Both the position numbers and the translations under genes were made by a program. The notes beneath the pieces were generated by a model. It saw only the letters and a list, made by a program, of their open reading frames with translations. It searched no databases and was not told the origin of the DNA. This document shows, one piece after another, positions 30,104 to 41,191 of a DNA stretch of 64,000 bases. Source of the stretch: an uncultured delta proteobacterium (GTDB taxonomy: Bacteria > Myxococcota_A > Polyangia > Polyangiales > Polyangiaceae); the NCBI GenBank assembly GCA_963716725.1, contig CAVQUB010000013.1, forward strand, positions 288,001 through 352,000. The letters are read 5' to 3'. How positions within the stretch are numbered: the first letter of the stretch is position 1; every line of letters starts with the position of its first letter.

Positions 30104-33100
30104 CGCGACCTGAGTACCGCCGGCGGCGCCCGACGTCCAGGTTTCGACGAGGGTCCGATGCCAAGCCGCTTCATCATCTTCTGAAGCCCGAAACGCGACA
30201 TCCCGAGCAGCTCGGCGGCGTGGGTTTGATTGCCTCCGGTCCGGGCCAGCGCCTTTTCGACCAGCGAGTGCTCGAGTTCGTCGACGCGGGCGCGAAGGTC
30301 GAGCTCATTTTCCGAGCGAAGCCTGCCCGAGCCGACCGTGCCGACCTCGGGCGACAGGTGGCTCGGCTCGATGACCTCGTCCGACAGCACGAGCGCGCGC
30401 CGGATCTCGTTTTCGAGCTGCCGAACGTTTCCGGGCCACGCGAAGGCGACCAAGCGATCCATGGCCTCGCGGCTGAGTTTGACGGCCCGGCTCTGCGCGT
30501 GCTTCTGCATGAAGTGGCGCACCAAGATCGGGATGTCGGCGCGCCGCGCTCTGAGTGGCGGCACCTCGAGCCGGATCACGTTGAGGCGGTAGAACAGGTC
30601 CTGGCGAAAGAGCCCCGCGGCGACCCGCTCCTCCAGATCGCGGTGCGTGGCGCCGATCACGCGCACGTCGACCCGCCGCGTCCGCTCCGAGCCGAGCGCG
30701 TGGACCTCGCCATCTTCGAGCACGCGTAGCAACTTGGTCTGCATCGCCAAGCTCATCTCTGCGATTTCGTCGAGGAACAGTGTGCCTCCGTCGGCCACAT
30801 CGAACAGACCCGCTCTGGCGCGAGAAGCACCGGTGAACGCTCCGCGCACGTGTCCGAACAGGGTGGACTCGAGCAACGCCTCGGGGATGGCCCCGCAGTT
30901 CTCGCTGACGAAGCGCCCACGTGTCCGAGCGCTGTGCTCATGAATCGCTCGAGCCACGAGTTCCTTGCCGCTGCCGCTCTCGCCGACAACCAACACCGGA
31001 ACATCCGCGAGGCTCACGCGGTCGAGGATCCGGAGCAGGCTTCGAATCGCCTCGCTCTCACCGACGATGTGCTCGTATTCGAAGCGAGTTTCGCGAGCGC
31101 GAGCGAAGGCCAGCTCCTGCTCCGCGACGTCGAGCGCGGCCTCGCGCTGGGCGAGCTCGTCGGCCAATTGCGCCTCTGCGCGCTTCGCCCGCCTCACGGC
31201 CCGACGGAGCAAGACCCGGTCGCGCGCGTCCGCGATGGCCACCGCGGCCAGAGCACCGAGCAACCGGACCCACGCGAGCTCGGCGGGGCCGAAGGCCCCG
31301 CGGCGCACCCGATCGTCGAGGTAGACCACACCGAGCGCCTCGCCGTGAGCGAGCAGCGGGACCGCCAGGACGCTGCGCAGCTTGAGCGCGTGCACGCTCC
31401 GATGCAGCTCCGGCAGCTCTCCCGCCGCGTCGACTGCGACCACGGGCTCCGAGAGCGCGAGCGCGCGCTCCGCCAGCGTGTTCGAGAGCGCGAGCTGATC
31501 GTCCGACAGGTCGTCCTTGGCCAGGTTCCTCGCCGCGCGAGGCACCAGCTTTCCGCCCGGCGCGCGCAACAGCAGAAGTCCGCGCTCGACTCCGGTCCAC
31601 GAAATCAGCGCGTCGAGCACCTGATCGAGCAAGGGACGCAGGCGGTCGCGGCGACCGAGCGCATACACCAGGGACTCGACGTCCGCGACCTGATCGGAGG
31701 AGACGCCACCGTCGGCGGGCACCGGCAGCTCGGCGATCCAGGGCAGCGCACGAACCGCCTGCGCGAGCTCCCGCGGCGCGTGCTCCAGCAGCTCGGCAGC
31801 GGCGCTGCGTGCCACGGCTCCGAATCGTCGCGCGCGTTCGCCATCACCGAGCCGTTCGGCGAGACGCGCGGCGGCTGCGAAGGCCGGCCCGCGCACGCTG
31901 GTCGGGACCCCCGAGTGAGCGAGGGACGCGAGCTCGACCAGCACCGCGTCGGCGCGGGTTGGTTTTGGGGACCGCGCTTCGTGTCGGGCTCGCGCGCCCC
32001 ACCACTCGACGCGGGCGTCCAGCGCCACTTCCGGCCCCCGAGCTGCGCCATCGAGCGCCACCACGTCGACGTCGCGGCCTCTGACCAGTCGGCGCGCCTC
32101 CGCCCGCAATCGATCATCGACGTCGCTCTCGGCGATCAACGAGAGCGCTCGGTCGGCATGCTCGGCGCCGTCCAGATCCCCGGCAGGCAGGACGTCGGCC
32201 AACGCCAAATGCAGGTAAGCAGCGCAATGAAGATCGTCAGCGCCCCTCGCCCGGGCGAGGGCGTCGTTGGCGGCGTCGACGGTCTCGGCGACGGCGCCAG
32301 CCGCAGCGTAGGCGGCCGCGCGCGCCAAGGCAGCCCGAGCGGCGTCACGGGGACGCCCGAGGTGCTCGAACAAGAGCACGGCCCGCCGCGCTGCCTCGAG
32401 CGCCTCGGCAAGGTGACCGAGATTGGTGGCCGCGGCCGCGAGCCCGGTGGAGTACGTCGCTTCTTCCAGCACGGCCCCTGACCGGGTGGCGTGGTCCACC
32501 GCGGCCCGAAAACACTCCAAGGCCTTCGCTGCTTCGCCGGACGCATGGAAGACCGCGCCTCGGACCGCCTCGAGACGCGCGCGTTCCTCCGCGCGCACCG
32601 CGACTGCCAGCCCGTGCTCGGTGTACTCGAGCGCCCTCTTGCGGTCGCCGTCTCGGAGCGCCGCGAGCGCATGCACTTCGAGCACGGCAGGGCTGTCATC
32701 CGCCGCGGCCAAGTGCTCGCGGCAAGCAACCAGATCACCCTGGTCGAAGGCGATCCGAGCCAGAACCGCCCGCGCCCGATCCTTCGTGCCGCCGGCGGCG
32801 CCGACACATTCGCTGGCCACAGCCTGAGCCGCGACCGTGTCCCCCGACCGACGCGCGACCTCCGCGAGCTCGATGCGAGCCTCTGAGCTCTCGCAAGCAC
32901 GGAGCACGGTCAACGCGCGACCCAGCTCCCCTCTCAGGCACAAAGCATGGCCCAGCGCCACATGCAGCGCCGGGCTGGGATCGCTCACCAGCACGTTCTC
33001 CGCGGCGTCGAGCAAACGTGGCTCGGTACCACCGGCGCCGAGCGCGAGCGCCACCGCGATGGAGTCCGACGGCATGGGGACCGCCACGCTCACTCCCGTG

Positions 33101-34287
33101 TCGACCGCGCGGGCGGTCAGGCCCTCGGGCTCGGTCTCATGGCAGAGTTCGAGCAGACGCTGGGCGAGCTCGGCGTCCGTGCGCACGCCCAGCGCAGGCC
33201 AGCGGGACGCCGCTGGGCCGATCAACCGCACGAGCCAGCGCGCCCGGTCGAAGGCGTCCAGGTCGCGGAAGCGAGGAGCTGGCGTTTCGGCCCGGACCCC
33301 GCGAGCTCGGGCCAGTTTTTGCGTGAGATCCGCGACGCGCCCGAGCCATTGCGCTGGCGCGCCCGTGACCTCGATCCGGACTTCTCGGCTGGTGGCGCAA
33401 GCGACTATCTCGCGGCGACGGACGGCGAGGTACGAGCGCTCGACCGCGCGGCGCCGACGCTCGATGCGAGCCGCGACGGGGTCGTCTCGACCGAGGGCCT
33501 CGAGCGCGCGCTTTCGAACCCATGCGGCGCCGGGGCGCGCCCCGGGAGCGGGCGCCAAGAGCGCACCGATCACGGCAGCGACGTCGGCCGGCAAAGCCAC
33601 CTCGCCGGCCGCTCGAGCCGGATCCGAGGCCGCCGCCACCTTCGCGCTCGCGATTTCTGCGAGGGCGATCCCGAGCGCGAACAAGTCGCGTGCACGTGCG
33701 TCGCCATGCGCACCGGGCAGACACGCTTCGGGAGCGAGATATCGTAACGTCGCGCCGCGGGGCACGGCTTCATCACTCCGCGACGACAATCCAAGATCCA
33801 CCAGACGAGCAGATGGACCCGAAGCGCTGGATTCGACCACGATGTTCTCGGGTTTCACGTCGCCGTGCGCCAACCCGGCTCGATGCAGATCGGAGAGCGC
33901 TTCGCCCACGTCACGAGCGACGGCCCACAGCACGCCAGCTCTCTCGCCAGCGCGGAGCAGACTGGGGACAACGGCCGCGCCGGGCGCGCGCTCGAGAGCT
34001 ATCCACGCATGGCCGACTCGATCCGCGAGGGCGGCTACGCCCGCAGGAACGCGACCTGCGTCGAGGAGGTTGGTGAGCGCCCGGGAGCCCGCGAACAGGA
34101 GGCGTTCGGCCTCGGAGCACAGCTCCGCGCCGCGCGGCGACGCGCTCACCTTGATCGCGACCGACCGTCCCGTGGCGTCCCGAGCGGCCCAAACTCGACC
34201 GCCGGCGCCCTCTCCGAGGGCTCCCTCGAGGACAAAGGGGAAGCTCTGGGCCGCCAACTTAGATGACACCTGCTCTGGCCTGCTCAT
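30100..34287 (-). CDS. Ser/Thr kinase-TPR-GAF-sigma54 AAA+ enhancer-binding protein with Fis HTH
   Basis: HGDVKPEN, DLG, YLAPE; GAF-like LRSVLAVPL...GVVYLD; GESGSGKE, GAFTGA, WPGNVRQL; GNQTHAAELLG. Confidence 0.92.
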   Translation of the reverse strand: MSRPEQVSSKLAAQSFPFVLEGALGEGAGGRVWAARDATGRSVAIKVSASPRGAELCSEAERLLFAGSRALTNLLDAGRVPAGVAALADRVGHAWIALERAPGAAVVPSLLRAGERAGVLWAVARDVGEALSDLHRAGLAHGDVKPENIVVESSASGPSARLVDLGLSSRSDEAVPRGATLRYLAPEACLPGAHGDARARDLFALGIALAEIASAKVAAASDPARAAGEVALPADVAAVIGALLAPAPGARPGAAWVRKRALEALGRDDPVAARIERRRRAVERSYLAVRRREIVACATSREVRIEVTGAPAQWLGRVADLTQKLARARGVRAETPAPRFRDLDAFDRARWLVRLIGPAASRWPALGVRTDAELAQRLLELCHETEPEGLTARAVDTGVSVAVPMPSDSIAVALALGAGGTEPRLLDAAENVLVSDPSPALHVALGHALCLRGELGRALTVLRACESSEARIELAEVARRSGDTVAAQAVASECVGAAGGTKDRARAVLARIAFDQGDLVACREHLAAADDSPAVLEVHALAALRDGDRKRALEYTEHGLAVAVRAEERARLEAVRGAVFHASGEAAKALECFRAAVDHATRSGAVLEEATYSTGLAAAATNLGHLAEALEAARRAVLLFEHLGRPRDAARAALARAAAYAAAGAVAETVDAANDALARARGADDLHCAAYLHLALADVLPAGDLDGAEHADRALSLIAESDVDDRLRAEARRLVRGRDVDVVALDGAARGPEVALDARVEWWGARARHEARSPKPTRADAVLVELASLAHSGVPTSVRGPAFAAAARLAERLGDGERARRFGAVARSAAAELLEHAPRELAQAVRALPWIAELPVPADGGVSSDQVADVESLVYALGRRDRLRPLLDQVLDALISWTGVERGLLLLRAPGGKLVPRAARNLAKDDLSDDQLALSNTLAERALALSEPVVAVDAAGELPELHRSVHALKLRSVLAVPLLAHGEALGVVYLDDRVRRGAFGPAELAWVRLLGALAAVAIADARDRVLLRRAVRRAKRAEAQLADELAQREAALDVAEQELAFARARETRFEYEHIVGESEAIRSLLRILDRVSLADVPVLVVGESGSGKELVARAIHEHSARTRGRFVSENCGAIPEALLESTLFGHVRGAFTGASRARAGLFDVADGGTLFLDEIAEMSLAMQTKLLRVLEDGEVHALGSERTRRVDVRVIGATHRDLEERVAAGLFRQDLFYRLNVIRLEVPPLRARRADIPILVRHFMQKHAQSRAVKLSREAMDRLVAFAWPGNVRQLENEIRRALVLSDEVIEPSHLSPEVGTVGSGRLRSENELDLRARVDELEHSLVEKALARTGGNQTHAAELLGMSRFGLQKMMKRLGIGPSSKPGRRAPPAVLRSR

Positions 34288-34451
34288 TCCTCGGGAATTC
34301 CGCTTGGATTCAAGATACCGCCAACTTCGTACACGGTCCAGGGGCCTGGGCAATCGGCGCGACGAAGGCGCCTGCGGGAGTGACGGGGCTTTGCCCGAGA
34401 TCGTACCCTAGGGGCACGGTCCAGCATCTGGCGGGGCCGACGCCGAACGCG

Positions 34452-35312
34452 ATGCGAGACGTCACCCGAGCGCTGCTCACCCTTCTGACGAGCGGGAAAC
34501 GCGGCGCGCTCGCGACGGTAGTGCGCGTTTCGGGTTCAGTGCCCCAAGAGCCAGGTGCGCGGCTCTTGCTCGCGCCCGATGGTTCGACCACCGGGACCGT
34601 TGGCGGAGGCGCAGTGGAGCGAGCGGTGCTCGCAGCTCTCGAGGACTGCCGCGCTCACGGTCGGCCCGAGCTCATTGTCTATGATCTGGCCCGTGACCTT
34701 GGGATGTGTTGCGGCGGGCGTATGGAGATCTTCGTGGAGCCAGTCGAAGCCGAGCAACGCCTGATCGTCTTCGGCGCCGGGCACGTCGCGAAGCCCACCG
34801 CAGCGCTAGCGCAACAGGTCGGATTCGCCGTGACCGTCGTCGACGACCGCGAGGACCTCGCGACCGAGGCGCGGTTCCCTGGCTGTACGCTGATCCAGGC
34901 CGAGCCGCGCGAGGCAGCGGCTCGCCTGGCGCCGCGGGCCGAAGACTGGTTGCTGATGGTCACCTACGACCACCGGCTGGACGAGGAGGCGCTCGACACC
35001 TTCGCGCGCCTCCCCCACCGCTACCTCGGCCTGATCGGCAGTCGCCGCAAGATATTCAGGATCTTGCAGCGCATCGCGAGCCGCGGTCCGCTGCCGCCCC
35101 TCGAGCGGGTCTACGCGCCGGTGGGGCTGGACATCGGCGCGGTCTCGCCGGAGGAGATCGCCGTGAGCATCGTCGCGGAGCTGGTGGCACTCCGCCATGG
35201 CAAGGCCGCCGGCCACATGCGCGCCATCGACGATCCCCGCGTCCAGCGCGTCTTGGGCGGCGAGATCTCGGTCGAGGCGGCGGCGCTGCTCGAGCCGGGG
35301 GAGCCCCAATGA
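34452..35312 (+). CDS. xdhC: xanthine dehydrogenase accessory factor XdhC/CoxI
   Basis: GS.P..PGA, GTVGGG..E, LGMCCGG, FGAGHVA, YLGLIGS, PVGLDIGA..PEEIAVSI.AE. Confidence 0.93.
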   Translation: MRDVTRALLTLLTSGKRGALATVVRVSGSVPQEPGARLLLAPDGSTTGTVGGGAVERAVLAALEDCRAHGRPELIVYDLARDLGMCCGGRMEIFVEPVEAEQRLIVFGAGHVAKPTAALAQQVGFAVTVVDDREDLATEARFPGCTLIQAEPREAAARLAPRAEDWLLMVTYDHRLDEEALDTFARLPHRYLGLIGSRRKIFRILQRIASRGPLPPLERVYAPVGLDIGAVSPEEIAVSIVAELVALRHGKAAGHMRAIDDPRVQRVLGGEISVEAAALLEPGEPQ

Positions 35313-37447
35313 ACGATCGGAGGCGCCGCGATCGATTTCCGCCCGAAGCACTGACGGACGACGACTTGCCCACCGAGGAGCACACAGCGCTCGACTCACC
35401 CGGAGCGCTGCTGACCGATGACGACATCGAAGACAGCATTCAGACCGTGGAGCGCCGCCTGCCGGCGGGTCTCTTCGACCAGAAGCTGCCGAGCTTCGAC
35501 GACACGGGCACACTCACGCTGCCTCGGAACGCCGCTGGTCGGCTGATGCTCGGGCAAGGCCCCCCGGCGGCGCCGCGCGGACTCGGGCCGCCGCCCAAAC
35601 CAGCGCGCCCGTCACTCCGTTCATGGGCGACCCCGCCGCCCAAGCCAGTCCGCCGGCACGATGTTTTGGAAGACTCCGGCGAGCTCGCACCGACGCCCGT
35701 CCGTCGGATATCTTCGCTGCCGGCGGCGCGGCCCCGCATGCCATCGATACCGCCACCGCTCCCGCCGCCGGCGCGACTGCCGCGACCGCCTTCGCTGCCT
35801 CCTCCGCTACCACCACCCGCGCGGCCGTCGTCGCTCCCGCCACCCGCCCTACCGCCGCGGCCACCATCGCTTCCGCCCCCGCCGAGGATGCCTTCGGCGC
35901 CCGAGCTTTCGCCGGCGTTGCCGAGGCCCCCGGCGCCCGCCCGGCGCCCGCAGAAGAAGCGGGCCCGTCCCGCGCCGCCGGAGCCGTCCCTGGGGGACGC
36001 GACGCGCGACTTTCCGCTGCAGGCTCCGGAGCGAGGCCGACCGGAGGCGTCGCCTTCGCACACACCTCCGCCGCTCACGGCCTCGACCCCGCCGCCGGCG
36101 ATCGCGGTGTCACCCACTCCGGTCGTACCCAGGTATTCGGCTCCACCTCCTCGCCCGCGCAGCCCTCCGGCCACCGCCGCGAACCGGCGCGGCGACCGCG
36201 TGCCCTCGGTCATGGAAATCGCCGGGCGCACCCTCGGGCTCTCGAGCCCCAAGGCCCTGTCAGCCGCCATCGGGGTGTTTGCAGCACTCGTGGTGGGAAT
36301 GCTCGTGATCATGATCGCCAGCTCGCTGCGGGACGGCGATCGCGACCCGCCTTCGCCTTCGGGGCCGGTGATCGCCGCTCGCCCGCTGGGCCCGCCGATC
36401 CCGGCGGAGGTGCCGACGGCGGCCACGCCGGCGGTCGCCGCGACTCCAACGCCCGCTCCCACCCCCCTCGGCAGTTGTCGCCTGGTGACGGTTCCTCGCC
36501 GCATCGCCGGCCCCGCCATGCCGAACGTGCCGACAATGGCCACCGCCGCGCCAGGCCAGAGTCGCGTCGCCATCGGCTACGCTTCGGGAACGAACCGCGC
36601 GGAAGGCGTGATCGTCAACCTCGACAGTCTGTCCGTCGAGCCGCGCTACGCCGAGGACATGTCGGGGCCAGTCTTCCGCGTTACGCCGCTGACCGACCGC
36701 GCACCCGTCGCCTTCGCGGTGGATCGCGACGACCCCCGGCTTCAGAGCGTGCGCACCATCCCCTCCAGCCCGCCCCTCAGGGTGGGCACGAGCTACTTCG
36801 GGTTCGTGCGCATCAACGACAACTCGAACCCCACGGTGATCTGGCCGGGGGCGCGCTTCGACGGGATCAGCGAGCCCTCCTTCGCGATCACCGACCGTGA
36901 CGGCTACGGCATCACATTTCGTGCGGGCCGAGGCAGTGGCGATGTGCTCGCGGGCTGGCTCACCAAGTCAGGGACCGCCGATGGCGATCTGGGTCGCGTC
37001 GACGCGGGCGCCCGGGAGGTCGGTGCTCCGAGCATGGCAGCGAGCGACAAGCAGGTCGTCGTCGTATTCGCGGCTCGAGGCCCCGGCGAGCCCTGGCACC
37101 TTCGAGCCGCCAGCGCGCCGCGAGGCAAGGCGCCGACGCTCTCGCGCGAGCTCGCGCCGATCCAGAGCGGTGGGGCGGACGCGCTCGCGCCCGTGGTCCT
37201 CGCCCTGCCGAGCGGTGGCTTCTTGTTGCAGTGGCTCGAGGGGCCCGCGGGGGCGCGGCGGGTGATGGCTCGGACCGTCGACGACGCGCTACGTCCCCAG
37301 GGCGTGCCCATCGAGCTGGCACAGGGTGCCGCGATCGTCGACGCGCCGGGCGCGCTCACGTTCCGCTCTGGCAAGGTCCTCGCGATCCACCTCGCCGCGG
37401 TGGACAAGAGCGTCGAGCTTCGCGCCGCGGTGCTGGTCTGCGGGTGA
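35309..37447 (+). CDS. proline-rich single-pass membrane protein with extracytoplasmic beta-rich domain
   Basis: ATG overlaps the xdhC stop; long Pro-rich disordered N-terminus, TM (AIGVFAALVVGMLVIMIA), beta-propeller-like C-terminus. Confidence 0.7.
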   Translation: MNDRRRRDRFPPEALTDDDLPTEEHTALDSPGALLTDDDIEDSIQTVERRLPAGLFDQKLPSFDDTGTLTLPRNAAGRLMLGQGPPAAPRGLGPPPKPARPSLRSWATPPPKPVRRHDVLEDSGELAPTPVRRISSLPAARPRMPSIPPPLPPPARLPRPPSLPPPLPPPARPSSLPPPALPPRPPSLPPPPRMPSAPELSPALPRPPAPARRPQKKRARPAPPEPSLGDATRDFPLQAPERGRPEASPSHTPPPLTASTPPPAIAVSPTPVVPRYSAPPPRPRSPPATAANRRGDRVPSVMEIAGRTLGLSSPKALSAAIGVFAALVVGMLVIMIASSLRDGDRDPPSPSGPVIAARPLGPPIPAEVPTAATPAVAATPTPAPTPLGSCRLVTVPRRIAGPAMPNVPTMATAAPGQSRVAIGYASGTNRAEGVIVNLDSLSVEPRYAEDMSGPVFRVTPLTDRAPVAFAVDRDDPRLQSVRTIPSSPPLRVGTSYFGFVRINDNSNPTVIWPGARFDGISEPSFAITDRDGYGITFRAGRGSGDVLAGWLTKSGTADGDLGRVDAGAREVGAPSMAASDKQVVVVFAARGPGEPWHLRAASAPRGKAPTLSRELAPIQSGGADALAPVVLALPSGGFLLQWLEGPAGARRVMARTVDDALRPQGVPIELAQGAAIVDAPGALTFRSGKVLAIHLAAVDKSVELRAAVLVCG

Positions 37448-37477
37448 CCTCCCCGTGGTAGCCTCGGAGCGGCTGCC

Positions 37478-38872
37478 ATGGCGATCCGCTTCACGTTGAA
37501 CGGCGAGAGCATCGAGCTCGACGACTTCGATCCCAACACGACCCTGCTCGGGTTTCTCAGGGCCCGGGGCCTCACCGGCAGCAAGGAGGGCTGCGCGGAG
37601 GGCGAGTGCGGCGCGTGCGCGGTGGCGCTGGTGCGACGCGACTCCCGAGGCAATGCCCGCTACGAGCCCGTGAACGGCTGCCTGATGCCCCTGGGCTCGT
37701 GTGCCGACCAAGAAATCGTGAGCGTCGAGGGCATCGCGCAGGGCGGCGCCTTGCACCCGGTCCAGGCCGCGATGATCGATGGCGGCGGCTCGCAGTGCGG
37801 GTACTGCACCCCGGGCTTCGTCGTCAGCTTGTTCGCCGAGTACTACCGGCCTGGGCGCGCCGAATACGACCCCGAGGCCATCGCCGGCAATCTCTGCCGC
37901 TGCACCGGCTACCGACCGATCCGGGAGGTCGCCGAGCGCCTGGGAGAACCCGCCGAGGACGATGCCTTCAAGAAGCGACTCGCCCTGGCACCGCCCGCGC
38001 TCTCATCGCTGCGGCACGAGTCGCCCACCGGACGCTTCCTACGACCGTCGACGCTCTCGGAGGCGCTGACGCTGCTCCAAGGCAGCTCCGACGCCGTGAT
38101 CGTGGCGGGCGGCACCGACGTCGTCGTGGAGGTCAACCAGCGGCATCGACGACATGGCAGCTGGTTGTCCCTCGAAGGGGTGAGCGAGCTCCGGAGTTTC
38201 GAGGTGACCTCGAGCGAGATCCGCATCGGCGCGGCGCTGTCGCTGAGCGAAATCGAAGAGCGCACCGAGCACAAGGTTCCGATGCTCGAGCAACTGTTCC
38301 CGCTCTTCTCGTCGCGCCTGATTCGGAATCGCGCCACGCTCGGCGGCAACCTGATGACCGCGTCGCCCATCGGGGACAGCCCACCAGCGCTGTTGGCGCT
38401 GGACGCGCAGGTCGAGCTGGCCAGCCTGTCCGGCGTTCGACGGGTAGCCTTGACCGACTTCTTCACGGGCTATCGCACCACCGTGGCCAAGGCCGGCGAG
38501 CTGTTGAGCGCGGTGCTGATCCCCCTGCCGCTGCCCGACGTGCAGCGCTTCTACAAAGTGAGCAAGCGGGTCGTCGACGACATCAGCACGGTGGCGGCAG
38601 CGTACTCGCTCCGGCTCGACGCCGCGGGCAAGATCACCACGGCGCGCTTGGCCTACGGCGGCGTGGCGGCAACGCCCGCCCGCGCACGCGATGCGGAAGC
38701 GGCGATGCTCGGACACTCGCTGGACCGCGAACTCGTGCAGCGGGTGACACCGCTGCTCGCCAGAGCCTTCTCGCCCATCGGTGATCACCGCGGGAGCGCC
38801 GACTACCGCGCCACCATGGTCGTGCGCCTCCTGGAGAAATTCTGCTTCGACTGCCAAGGGAACACGCCGTGA
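37478..38872 (+). CDS. xdhA: xanthine dehydrogenase small subunit (2Fe-2S + FAD)
   Basis: TGSKEGCAEGECGAC, SQCGYCTPGF, GNLCRCTGY, AGGTD, IRNRATLGGN, SPIGD. Confidence 0.95.
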   Translation: MAIRFTLNGESIELDDFDPNTTLLGFLRARGLTGSKEGCAEGECGACAVALVRRDSRGNARYEPVNGCLMPLGSCADQEIVSVEGIAQGGALHPVQAAMIDGGGSQCGYCTPGFVVSLFAEYYRPGRAEYDPEAIAGNLCRCTGYRPIREVAERLGEPAEDDAFKKRLALAPPALSSLRHESPTGRFLRPSTLSEALTLLQGSSDAVIVAGGTDVVVEVNQRHRRHGSWLSLEGVSELRSFEVTSSEIRIGAALSLSEIEERTEHKVPMLEQLFPLFSSRLIRNRATLGGNLMTASPIGDSPPALLALDAQVELASLSGVRRVALTDFFTGYRTTVAKAGELLSAVLIPLPLPDVQRFYKVSKRVVDDISTVAAAYSLRLDAAGKITTARLAYGGVAATPARARDAEAAMLGHSLDRELVQRVTPLLARAFSPIGDHRGSADYRATMVVRLLEKFCFDCQGNTP

Positions 38873-41191
38873 CTTTGCTGGGAAAACCGCTGCCCCACGA
38901 GAGCGCCCGGGAGCACGTCACCGGCGCCGCGCTCTACACCGACGATCTCGCCGGCCGCTTTGCCGGGCTGCTGCACGCCTGGCCCGTGACCGCCCCGCAC
39001 GCCCACGCCCGGGTGATCTCCGTCGAAACCGGCGACGCGCTGACGATCCCGGGCGTCGTCCGGGTGCTGACCGCCGAGGACGTGCCGGGAGAAAACCAAC
39101 TCGGCGTGGCCCAGGCCGACGAGCCGCTGTTTCCGTCGGAGGTCATGTTTCACGGCCAAGCCGTGGCGTGGGTGCTCGCCGAGAGCGAAGAGGCCGCGCG
39201 GCTCGGGGCGCTGGCTGTCGAGGTCGACTACGAAGCGCTGCCCGCGGTCCTCGGCTTCGAAGAAGCGCTCGAAGCCGGTGAGTTCCTGACCGAGGAGCTC
39301 CGCTTGGCTCGGGGCGACGCCAAGGCCGCCCTCGAAGCTGCGCCGCGCCGGCTCTCGGGGGAGCTGCTCGTGGGCGGACAGGAGCACTTCTACCTCGAGA
39401 CGCAGGCGGCGCTGGCCCACGTCGACGAGCACGGCCAGGTGTTCGTTCACTCGTCGACGCAGCACCCCACCGAGACCCAGGAGATCGTCGCGCGACGTGC
39501 TCGGCGCTGCACAAACACGCAGGTCACCGTGCAGTGCCTGCGCATGGGCGGCGCCTTCGGCGGCAAGGAGGTCGCAAGCCAACGCCTGGGCGGCCGTCGC
39601 CGCGCTCGGGCGCCGCCTGACCGGACGCCCGGTGCGCGTGCGGCTCAACCGCGCTCAGGACATGACGCATGACCGGCAAGCGGCACCGCTTCCTCGGTCG
39701 CTGTCGAGGTCGGCTTCGACGACGAGGGCGCGCTGCTCGCCCTGCGCATGCGAGCTCTTCGCCGACGGCGGCTGGAGCCTCGACCTCTCCGAGCCGATCC
39801 TCTACCGCGCGCTGTTCCACGTCGACAACGCCTACTGCATCCCCAACGTCGCGCGTCACGGGCCGCGTCGTGCGCACGCAACAAGACCTCGCAGACCGCC
39901 TTCCGCGGCTTCGGCGGCCCGCAGGGCATGCTCGTGATCGAGGAGATCATCGGACCGCATCGCGCGCACGCGCTGGCGCTCGACGCCGCATGACGGTGCG
40001 CGAGCGCAACTTCTACCGCGAAGGCGACACCACCCCCTACGGCACAGGCGGTGCGCGACGCCGAGCGCATTCCGCGCATCTGGCGCGAGCTGGTCGCATC
40101 GAGCAGCTTCAGCGAGCGCGTGGCGGCGAGATCGCCGACGTCCAACGCGACGCCACGCCGCACCGCAAGCGCGGCCTCGCCATCACGCCGGTGAAGTTCG
40201 GCATCTCGTTCACCACTTCGTTCTTCAACCAGGCCGGCGCGCTGGTGCTCGATCTACACGGACGGCACCGTGCAGATGAACCACGGCGGCACCGAGATGG
40301 GCCAGGGGCTGCACACGAAGATGCTGCAGATCGCCGGCGCACGCGCTCGGCGTGCCGCTCTCGAGCCGTGCGCCTGATGCCGACCAGCACCGACAAGGTG
40401 CCCAACACCTCGGCGACGGCGGCGTCGAGCGGCTCCGATCTGAACGGCGCCGCGGTGAAGGACGCCTGCGAAACGCTGCGCGCTCGCTTGGCCGCGGTCG
40501 CTGCCCGCGAGCTCGGCACGAGCGACGACCAGATCGTGTTCGACGACGGCAAGGTCTTCAGCAAGTCCGCCCCCGAGCGCTGCCTGACCTTCTCGGAGCT
40601 CACGCACCGGCATACCTCGAGCGGGTCCCGCTCTTCGCCACCGGCTTCTACCGCACCCCGGACATCCACTTCGACAAGGCTACGGGCAGCGGCAAGCCCT
40701 TCCACTACTTCGCCTACGGCGCCGCCGTGACCGAGGTCGAGGTCGACGGCTTCACCGGCATGTACGAGATCCGCCGCGTCGACATCCTGCACGACGTCGG
40801 CGACTCGCTGTCGCCGCTGGTCGATCGCGGCCAGATCGAGGGCGGCTTCGTTCAGGGCCTGGGCTGGCTGACCCTCGAGGAGCTGGTGTGGGCCCCGGAC
40901 GGCCGCTTCACCACGCCCAACGCTTCCACCTACAAGCTGCCGGGGCTCGGCGAGTGTCCACCGGTGTTCGAGGTCACGCTGCTCGAGCGGGCTGCGGATC
41001 CCGACGTCATCCACGGCAGCAAGGCCGTGGGCGAGCCGCCGCTCATGCTGGCGATCAGCGCGCGGGAGGCGCTGCGGCACGCCGTCGCCGCCTTCGGGGG
41101 GGATCACTCGGGCATCGTCGAGCTCGGATCCCCGGCGACGCCCGAGGCGGTGTTCTGGGCCATCGAGAAGCTCCGCGGGAAGTCCGGCTGA
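38869..41191 (+). CDS. xdhB: xanthine dehydrogenase molybdopterin-binding subunit (many indels in about 39490-40620)
   Basis: [61 protein letters not shown]...[10 protein letters not shown] distributed over several frames. Confidence 0.93.

Noticed and set aside
27559..34287. Kinase + methylase as a BREX/Pgl or restriction-modification defence system
   Set aside because: No PglZ, ATPase, helicase or nuclease partners; the kinases have ordinary myxobacterial signalling architectures
30850..34411. Long opposite-strand ORFs (e.g. 30850-32481, 32837-34411; also 57212-59308, 7008-8726)
   Set aside because: Shadow ORFs of high-GC genes; no motifs, and they are antisense to well-supported CDS
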